This document shows positions 54,708 to 61,226 of a stretch of DNA of 61,226 nucleotides, in pieces. Location: positions 1-61,226 of the forward strand of contig CANLAV010000001.1 in the NCBI GenBank assembly GCA_947487905.1. The letters run 5' to 3'. Source of the DNA: Bacteroidota bacterium (GTDB lineage Bacteria > Bacteroidota > Bacteroidia > B-17B0 > Aurantibacillaceae). The notes beneath the pieces are model-generated. The model ran no database searches. It was not told where the DNA came from and saw only the letters and a list, made by a program, of their open reading frames with translations. Position numbers and translations under genes: made by a program. Within the stretch, counting starts at the first letter, position 1. The number at the start of each line of letters is the position of its first letter.

Positions 54708-56237
54708 TTAATGTTTAAAATGCCTTGAACCCGTAAATACCATGCTCATGCCATTATCATTGCAATAAGCAATGCTATCCTTGTCTTTAATAGATCCGCC
54801 TGGTTGAATCACCGTATTAATACCAACCTTGTGAGCAATCTCAACACAATCTGCAAAAGGAAAAAAGGCATCACTAGCCATCACCGCTCCATTTAAATCA
54901 AAACCAAAACTTGTTGCTTTTGATATGGCATGTCTAAGCGCATCTACGCGGGATGTTTGCCCTGTGCCACTCGCTAATAATTGATTGTCTTTTGCAATTA
55001 CGATCGTGTTTGATTTAGTGTGCTTAGCTAATTTATTAGCAAATAATAAATCTTTAATTTGTTGTTGAGTTGGAACAACCGTTGTAACAGGTGTTAAATT
55101 GGTTTCTGTTTCTGTTATCGAGTCTTTATCTTGCTCAACTACGCCGTTTAGTAACGTACGAATTAATTTAGTTGGCAAGGCAACTTGTTTTTGAATTAAA
55201 ATAATACGATTATTTTTTGATTTTAAAATCCTTAATGCGTTTTCAGAATAAGACGGAGCAATAACAACTTCGCAAAATAATTTATTGACTTCTTCTGCTG
55301 TTTCAAAATCAATTTCTGTATTGCAAATTAAAATACCTCCAAACGCAGAAACCGGATCACCAGCTAATGCAGCATGCCAGGCTTCTAATAAGGTTGAACG
55401 AGATGCAACACCACAAGCATTATTGTGTTTTAAAATAGCAAATGTTGGTTCGGTTGTAAAATCTGCTATCAAGTTTACGGCGGCATCAACGTCTAATAAA
55501 TTGTTATAAGATAATTCTTTACCATTTAATTTTTCAAACATGGCATTTAAATCACCGTAAAAAACACCTTGTTGATGAGGGTTTTCACCATAACGCAATG
55601 GATTAGATTCGTGTATACTTTGTTTTAAAATCGGTAATTTTTCAGTGTCGTTAAAATAATTAAAAATGGCAGCATCGTAATGGCTACTCATAGCAAATGC
55701 TTTCGCGGCATATGATTTTCGATCAGCTAAATCAGAAAAACCATTTTTACTTTCGAGTAAATTGTTTAATGATGGATAATCATTTCGAGATGAAACAATG
55801 ACAACATCATTAAAATTTTTAGCTGCTGCTCTAATCAAAGAAATACCTCCAATATCTATTTTCTCAATAATATCCTCTTCGCTGGCGCCACTAGAAAGGG
55901 TTTCTTCAAACGGATATAAATCGACAATCACTAAATCGATTTCAGGAATGTCGTGTTTTTCCATTTGAGCGATATCCGTGTTTAAATCTCTTCTGCCTAA
56001 AATTCCACCGAAAATTTTCGGATGTAAAGTTTTAACTCTTCCTCCTAAAATTTCAGGGTAAGACGTTAATCCTTCTACAGATTTTACTGGAATGCCTAAT
56101 TTTTCAATGAAAGACAAGGTGCCTCCCGTGCTATATATAGTGACGCCTAAAGCGTTTAATTTTTCAATGATTGGCTCTAAATGATCTTTGTAATAAACAG
56201 AAACTAGTGCGCTTTTGATTTTCTTTTGTGAACTCAT
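54708..56237 (-). CDS. purH: Bifunctional AICAR transformylase / IMP cyclohydrolase
   Basis: 509 aa. N-terminal MGS-like domain (ALVSVYYKDHL...STGGT). GGRVKTLHPKIFGGIL. C-terminal VIQPGGSIKD. Confidence 0.93.
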   Translation of the reverse strand: MSSQKKIKSALVSVYYKDHLEPIIEKLNALGVTIYSTGGTLSFIEKLGIPVKSVEGLTSYPEILGGRVKTLHPKIFGGILGRRDLNTDIAQMEKHDIPEIDLVIVDLYPFEETLSSGASEEDIIEKIDIGGISLIRAAAKNFNDVVIVSSRNDYPSLNNLLESKNGFSDLADRKSYAAKAFAMSSHYDAAIFNYFNDTEKLPILKQSIHESNPLRYGENPHQQGVFYGDLNAMFEKLNGKELSYNNLLDVDAAVNLIADFTTEPTFAILKHNNACGVASRSTLLEAWHAALAGDPVSAFGGILICNTEIDFETAEEVNKLFCEVVIAPSYSENALRILKSKNNRIILIQKQVALPTKLIRTLLNGVVEQDKDSITETETNLTPVTTVVPTQQQIKDLLFANKLAKHTKSNTIVIAKDNQLLASGTGQTSRVDALRHAISKATSFGFDLNGAVMASDAFFPFADCVEIAHKVGINTVIQPGGSIKDKDSIAYCNDNGMSMVFTGSRHFKH

Positions 56238-56253
56238 AAATTGTAGTAAAGTA

Positions 56254-56261
56254 CAAAGATA
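56254..56261 (-). promoter_or_regulatory. Candidate -7 promoter box TATCTTTG (TAnnTTTG) upstream of purH
   Basis: Reverse complement of CAAAGATA. It ends 16 nt upstream of the purH ATG (56237). Confidence 0.4.
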
Positions 56262-56383
56262 ATCGTTGGTTTTGCTTATTTGAACTTTGTTGAAAAGTGC
56301 TTAAAAATGGATTAATAACAAGTTTTTAACAATTTGATTTATAGAAAAGAAACATCGAATTGTTTTTTTGATTATTTTTAAAA

Positions 56384-56968
56384 ATGATAGATTCACTCAA
56401 GCTCATCGATAAAACTATTTTACTTGCTATCAATTCTTTTCATAGTTCGTTTTTAGATGTCGTGATGTTTTACCTTTCTGAAATTTGGATTTTTACACCA
56501 CTTTTTTTGTATTTGATTTATTTGATTTATAAAAAAATGGGCGTGAAAAAAACAGCTATTTTAATTGTATTTGTAGCTCTACTAATTTCACTTTGTGATC
56601 AAACAGCAACGATAACAAAAAAATCAGTAAAGCGTTTTCGACCTACTCATAATGTTGAAATAAAAGATAACTTATTAATCGTAAAAAATTACAGAGGCGG
56701 CACTTATGGCTTCTTTTCAGGCCACGCAGCTAACACGTTTGGTATCGCTATGTTTTTATTTTTACTTTTTAGTAAACAAACAAAGGCTTCGAGATTTGTA
56801 TTTTTTATCTGGGCTGGTTTAGTTTCATACTCTCGTATGTATCTTGGCGTTCATTATCCTTCTGATATTTTTGCGGGTATGTTGGTTGGATTATTTTTTG
56901 GATTTGTGGTGTACCAGCTACAAAAATTATATTTTTTAAGAACATATGATGAAAGTATTTCTATTTAG
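56384..56968 (+). CDS. PAP2-family lipid phosphatase
   Basis: KKSVKRFRP (KxxxxxxRP), FFSGHAAN (SGH) and SRMYLGVHYPSD (SRxxxxxHxxxD). Confidence 0.85.
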   Translation: MIDSLKLIDKTILLAINSFHSSFLDVVMFYLSEIWIFTPLFLYLIYLIYKKMGVKKTAILIVFVALLISLCDQTATITKKSVKRFRPTHNVEIKDNLLIVKNYRGGTYGFFSGHAANTFGIAMFLFLLFSKQTKASRFVFFIWAGLVSYSRMYLGVHYPSDIFAGMLVGLFFGFVVYQLQKLYFLRTYDESISI

Positions 56969-57821
56969 TCTTTTTATTTCAAACTGTTGTTTTTCTCAAA
57001 TGCCAGAAACGGATATTTGGGTTGTAGATCTGATCAAAAAAGAAGGTAAATATAGTTTTGAAAAACCTTTGAACTTTACAAATCGCAGAGGATACGATAA
57101 CCAACCAAGTTTTTCGTCAGATGGTAAGGAGATTTACTTTGTAAGTAATAAGGATTCAAATCAAACGGATGTGTTTGTTTATAATTTAAAAAACAAAACA
57201 ACACAGTCAGTTTGCCAAAGTTTGGAAAGTGAATATTCGCCTACATTGACATGTGATAAAAAGTTTTTGACATGTGTTACAGTTTTGAAAGATTCTTCGC
57301 AAAAACTACTTAATTATAATATTGTAAATAAAATGCCTGCTACAGAAATTAGTGATAAAATAAATAATCCAGATTCTGTTGGCTATTTTACTTGGTTAAA
57401 TAAGGATACGGTATTGTATTATAAATTGACCAATCCACACTCGCTCAGAGCTTGGAATATTCATACCAACAAAGATGTTTGGATTTGTGATAATCCCACT
57501 CGTGCATTTAAAAAGTATGGCAAGACATCACAATTTATTTACGGTCTTAAAAAAGATTCTTCTTCAGTTGAATTTAGAATTTACAATCCAACGATGAAAG
57601 AAAGTAAAATTTACGCTTCCTATCCATCCTTAAATGAAGACTTTGTATGGAATGATGAGTTGGGTTTAATAAAATCAGAGAACGCTGACTTACTATATTA
57701 TAAAGAATCTTCTAAAACGTGGGAAGTATTATTTTCTTTTTCTCAATTAGGAATCAAAAAAATTACACGCTTCGTTTTTGATACTAAAAACAAGCGTTTA
57801 GCGATTGTTAGTAATTTGTAA
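56946..57821 (+). CDS. Hypothetical secreted TolB-like/PD40 beta-propeller protein
   Basis: Signal peptide MMKVFLFSLFISNCCFSQ. GYDNQPSFSSDGKEIYFVS is a PD40-type repeat. Confidence 0.55.
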   Translation: MMKVFLFSLFISNCCFSQMPETDIWVVDLIKKEGKYSFEKPLNFTNRRGYDNQPSFSSDGKEIYFVSNKDSNQTDVFVYNLKNKTTQSVCQSLESEYSPTLTCDKKFLTCVTVLKDSSQKLLNYNIVNKMPATEISDKINNPDSVGYFTWLNKDTVLYYKLTNPHSLRAWNIHTNKDVWICDNPTRAFKKYGKTSQFIYGLKKDSSSVEFRIYNPTMKESKIYASYPSLNEDFVWNDELGLIKSENADLLYYKESSKTWEVLFSFSQLGIKKITRFVFDTKNKRLAIVSNL

Positions 57822-57914
57822 TGGTGCTATTTTTTTGTTTTTCAATACACATTACTTTAATCCTTTATACAAACTAAATGATAATTTGTATATTTATCTA
57901 AATTCAAAATTTCA

Positions 57915-59663
57915 ATGAATCTTAATCAATTATTTCGAAAAAAAAATATTTCAGATATTTTAGCAAAGGCTGAAAGTGATAGCAAATTAAACGGAGGCTT
58001 AGCGAAACACCTTGGCGTTAAAGATTTAACAGCGCTTGGCATAGCAGCCATTATTGGAGCAGGTATTTTCACAACGATCGGACAGGCAAGTGCAGATGGT
58101 GGTCCAGCAGTTATTTTTTTATTTATTTTTACCGCAATTGCTTGTGGTTTTGCAGCTTTTGCATACGCCGAATTTGCAAGTATATTGCCCGTTTCAGGAA
58201 GTGCGTATACATATAGCTATGTTGTGTTTGGCGAATTATTTGCTTGGATTATCGGTTGGGCTTTAATTATGGAATATGCTATTGGTAACATTACCGTAGC
58301 GATTGGCTGGAGTGGATACTTTACAGGACTTTTATCAAGTATGGGATTACATCTTCCAGAATGGATGACGATTGACTATTTATCTGCATCACATGGATAT
58401 GCTGAAGTGGCCAAAGAAGTAGCAAATGGAAAATTACTGTCTGATTTTAGTTTTAATGCTCAAGAAGCTTATTTAGCTTGGACAAGTGCACCAACCATAT
58501 TTGGATTTCATTTGATTGCAGATTTGCCCGCGTTATTAATTATATTTTTAATTACATGGTTGGTATATCGCGGTATTAAAGAATCTAAGAATGCCAGTAA
58601 TGCGATGGTGATTATTAAATTAGCCGTTGTATTATTAGTCATTGCAGTTGGCGCATTTTATGTTGATACAGCAAATTGGCATCCATTTGCACCAAACGGA
58701 GTAGGAGGGATTTTAAAAGGTGTTTCAGCCGTTTTCTTTGCTTACATTGGTTTTGATGCCATCAGTACAACTGCCGAAGAGTGTAAAAATCCTCAAAAAG
58801 ATTTACCTAAAGGAATGATGTGGGCTATTATTATTTGCACCATTTTATACGTTGTTATTGCATTAGTTTTAACGGGCATGGTTCATTATACTGATTTAGC
58901 TGTGAATGATCCACTTGCTTTTGTTTTCGAAAAATTAAATTTAAAATGGTTATCTGGTATTATTGCAGTTAGCGCGGTTGTTGCTATGGCCAGTGTTTTA
59001 TTGGTTTTTCAGTTAGGTCAACCTCGTATTTGGATGAGCATGAGCAGAGATGGATTGTTACCAAAACGTTTCTCGAAAATTCACCCAAAATTTAATACTC
59101 CTTCATTTGCAACCATTGTTACTGGTTTGATTGTTGGTGGTGGAGCCTTGTTTATGAATATGTCTACGGTGACTGATTTATGTAGTATCGGAACACTTTT
59201 CGCTTTTGTTTTAGTATGTGCAGGTGTTTTGAAATTAGATACAATGCCTAATAAACCAGAGCGAAAATTTAAAACGCCTTATATGAATGCTCAATACATT
59301 GCTCCTATTATTTTTATTGGAACAGTTGTAAGTATTTATGTGTTTAATAAGGATCATATGCTTTCGTTTTTATGTTCAACTGATGCATCCTCGCATCGTT
59401 TTGATTTTTTTGTTTTCATTTATAATATACCTATGTGGATTTTTTCTTTGATTTCTGTTTATATGACCATACAGTGTTACAAGAAAAAGCACTCATTGAT
59501 ACCAGTGTTAGGATTAATCAGTTGCTTATACATGATGGCACAAATTGATTTAAAGAATTGGATTGGCTTTGTAATTTGGCTTATTATTGGCCTTATTATT
59601 TACTTTACATACAGCTATAAAAAAAGCAAACTCAATATAGAAACTCAACTTGTAAATGATTAA
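57915..59663 (+). CDS. APC-superfamily amino acid permease (cationic amino acid transporter-like, long form)
   Basis: 582 aa, about 14 TM. AIIGAGIFTTIGQAS and FFAYIGFDAISTTAEE motifs. Confidence 0.8.
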   Translation: MNLNQLFRKKNISDILAKAESDSKLNGGLAKHLGVKDLTALGIAAIIGAGIFTTIGQASADGGPAVIFLFIFTAIACGFAAFAYAEFASILPVSGSAYTYSYVVFGELFAWIIGWALIMEYAIGNITVAIGWSGYFTGLLSSMGLHLPEWMTIDYLSASHGYAEVAKEVANGKLLSDFSFNAQEAYLAWTSAPTIFGFHLIADLPALLIIFLITWLVYRGIKESKNASNAMVIIKLAVVLLVIAVGAFYVDTANWHPFAPNGVGGILKGVSAVFFAYIGFDAISTTAEECKNPQKDLPKGMMWAIIICTILYVVIALVLTGMVHYTDLAVNDPLAFVFEKLNLKWLSGIIAVSAVVAMASVLLVFQLGQPRIWMSMSRDGLLPKRFSKIHPKFNTPSFATIVTGLIVGGGALFMNMSTVTDLCSIGTLFAFVLVCAGVLKLDTMPNKPERKFKTPYMNAQYIAPIIFIGTVVSIYVFNKDHMLSFLCSTDASSHRFDFFVFIYNIPMWIFSLISVYMTIQCYKKKHSLIPVLGLISCLYMMAQIDLKNWIGFVIWLIIGLIIYFTYSYKKSKLNIETQLVND

Positions 59664-59677
59664 AAAACGAACACGCG

Positions 59678-60643
59678 TTAATTTTTCAAAAACTGTTTGT
59701 CTGTTAAAGAATTTAAGAAAGCTTCCAAATCTAATTTTTCTTTGACACTTAAGTGAAGTGGTTTTTTTAGCAAGCTATCTCTATTTATTGAATTTGAAAC
59801 GAATTTATCGGGTTCATTATAGTAATCAATCACTTCTTTTAATGTTTTATGCATGCCGTTATGCATATAAGGCCCAGTAATACTTACGTTTCTTAATCCT
59901 GGTGTTTTAAATTTCCCTAAGTCTGTTGGTTTTCTTGTTACGATAAATCGACCACTGTCATTTAATTCTTTACCATTAAATAATCCAATATTTCTAAATT
60001 GATCACCTGTAAAATCAGGTCCAAAATGACAATCAAAGCATTTCCCTTTTTCGTTAAAAATAATTCTACCACGCTTAGCTGCAGCAGAAAATTGCATGGT
60101 ATCTTTTTCTGTCATGTAATTATCAAAGGCTGAATTATTTGTTTCTAATGTCCTTTCGTATGCTGCAAGGGCATCAACTACATTTTTTTTATCTGCAATT
60201 TTACCAAAAATGGAAATGAAAAATGATCGGTATTGTTCGTGTTTATTTAATCGACGAACTACTTCAGATAAAGGTAATGCCATCTCTACTGTGTTTTCAA
60301 TTGGCCCAGAGGCTTGTTCTTCCAACGTTTCAGCTCTTCCATCCCAAAAATGAAACGACCGACTGCTTAAATTCATAGCACTGGGTGTATTTCTTACTCC
60401 TTTAGCACTATCCACTCCAAAGCTTAATGCTGTGGTATCAGAAAATGCGAATTCTGGTTTATGACAAGAGGCGCAACTTACTTGATTTCCGCGGGATAAT
60501 AATGAATCAAAGAATAATAGTTTTCCGAGTTCTTCAATACTTGTTGGTTTAGTTAATTGCTTCTCTAAATGCGTTGATTGAGAACATTGACTTAAGCAAA
60601 AAATAAAAACTAGAAAAAGACTAAGTGTAACAACGATTTTCAT
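59678..60643 (-). CDS. Di-haem cytochrome c peroxidase (CCP/MauG family)
   Basis: Two CxxCH sites (CASCH, CFDCH). FKTPGLRNV and PYMHNG motifs. Confidence 0.88.
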   Translation of the reverse strand: MKIVVTLSLFLVFIFCLSQCSQSTHLEKQLTKPTSIEELGKLLFFDSLLSRGNQVSCASCHKPEFAFSDTTALSFGVDSAKGVRNTPSAMNLSSRSFHFWDGRAETLEEQASGPIENTVEMALPLSEVVRRLNKHEQYRSFFISIFGKIADKKNVVDALAAYERTLETNNSAFDNYMTEKDTMQFSAAAKRGRIIFNEKGKCFDCHFGPDFTGDQFRNIGLFNGKELNDSGRFIVTRKPTDLGKFKTPGLRNVSITGPYMHNGMHKTLKEVIDYYNEPDKFVSNSINRDSLLKKPLHLSVKEKLDLEAFLNSLTDKQFLKN

Positions 60644-60699
60644 GATTCAACGCAAATACTTTATGATGATTTATTTTTTATGTTTTGTAAAAAACAGGC

Positions 60700-60729
60700 A
60701 AAAAAAAAGCTCAACACTGTTGAGCTTTT
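60700..60729 (-). terminator. Intrinsic terminator downstream of rpoZ
   Basis: GCTCAAC-ACT-GTTGAGC hairpin (60709..60725), followed on the minus strand by T9. Confidence 0.75.
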
Positions 60730-60733
60730 AAAT

Positions 60734-61054
60734 TTAATCCTTAGCAGGATTTCTATAATAGGTTTTATCTTCTAAAAATTCATTGATAGAAATCAATGCT
60801 GGTTTAGGCAATTTTTCGTAATATTTAGAAACTTCAATTTGTTCTCTGTTTTCAAAAATCTCTTCCAAGTTATCAGAATTGCTTGCAAAGTCAGCTAATT
60901 TAGCAGATAACTCTTCTTTCATTTCTGAACTAATTTGATTAGCACGTTTCGAAATAATTGAAATTGATTCATAAATATTTCCTGTTGGCGCATCAAAGTT
61001 TCTGATGTCGCGTGTTACAGTGCTTTGGTCGGCATTAGTTTTTTTAAAATCCAT
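60734..61054 (-). CDS. rpoZ: DNA-directed RNA polymerase subunit omega (long Bacteroidota form)
   Basis: NIYESISIISKRANQIS core. 106 aa. Immediately downstream of bamD, as I recall for other Bacteroidota. Confidence 0.75.
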   Translation of the reverse strand: MDFKKTNADQSTVTRDIRNFDAPTGNIYESISIISKRANQISSEMKEELSAKLADFASNSDNLEEIFENREQIEVSKYYEKLPKPALISINEFLEDKTYYRNPAKD

Positions 61055-61055
61055 C

Positions 61056-61226
61056 TTATTGTTTATTAATGTTGTTTTTCATTTGTTCGCAACTTTGGTA
61101 AATGCTTTCCGCTTTCACTAAGAAGTTACTTTTAGGGTACAAATCTACTAATTTTAAATAACTTTCCATAGCTAAATTTAATCTTTCTAACTTTTTGGAT
61201 TCCAGACTGTTAACTGCTAAAAGATA
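61056..61226 (-). CDS. bamD: Outer-membrane assembly lipoprotein BamD/YfiO-like, C-terminal fragment (5' end outside the window)
   Basis: Open frame ...YLLAVNSLESKKLERLNLAMESYLKLVDLYPKSNFLVKAESIYQSCEQMKNNINKQ*. TPR-like, with a position typical of bamD. Confidence 0.6.
   Translation of the reverse strand, partial: YLLAVNSLESKKLERLNLAMESYLKLVDLYPKSNFLVKAESIYQSCEQMKNNINKQ

Noticed and set aside
1-61226. Search by eye for tRNA/rRNA genes, IS elements, integrases, prophage genes, cas genes or known defence-system hallmarks
   Set aside because: None recognised. The intergenic regions are short apart from 23.05-23.66 kb and 47.6-47.95 kb, and no cloverleaf-like or transposase-like sequence was seen. 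A tRNAscan, Infernal or defence-finder run would be needed to be certain.

Overview
AT-rich, densely packed chromosomal window that looks like Bacteroidota, probably Flavobacteriia/Sphingobacteriia-like. The clues are T9SS type A and type B C-terminal sorting domains, a long Bacteroidota-type rpoZ next to bamD, TAnnTTTG promoter boxes and no obvious Shine-Dalgarno use. Most of it is housekeeping: serC, purN, purH, dnaX, radA, polA, cysS, alaS, rluB, trmH, the mreBCD-mrdA-rodA cluster, hmgA, a paaZ-like gene, two APC permeases and rpoZ. I found no rRNA, tRNA, cas, transposase or integrase genes, and I cannot point to a clear-cut novel multi-gene system. Six things deserve a second look. (1) dnaX is split at an A10 tract holding the E. 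coli-type A AAA AAG slippery heptamer; the zero frame stops 3 codons later and a -1 shift is needed to make full-length tau. (2) Four tandem ~125-bp structured palindromic units fill the rluB/arsC-family intergenic region, and a fifth solo copy sits after the ferredoxin gene. (3) RluB carries a ~290-aa N-terminal extension of 25-aa tandem repeats that are conserved as protein but diverged at synonymous sites. (4) A small accessory patch has a class II-like Fic gene bracketed by a ~48-bp imperfect direct repeat, followed by two paralogous-looking 2-TM proteins of unknown function. (5) An ABC ATPase has its Walker A region upstream of any ATG/GTG/TTG. (6) A stand-alone degenerate DEAD-box half-domain protein is present. 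All functional calls rest on motif recognition by eye; no database search was run.
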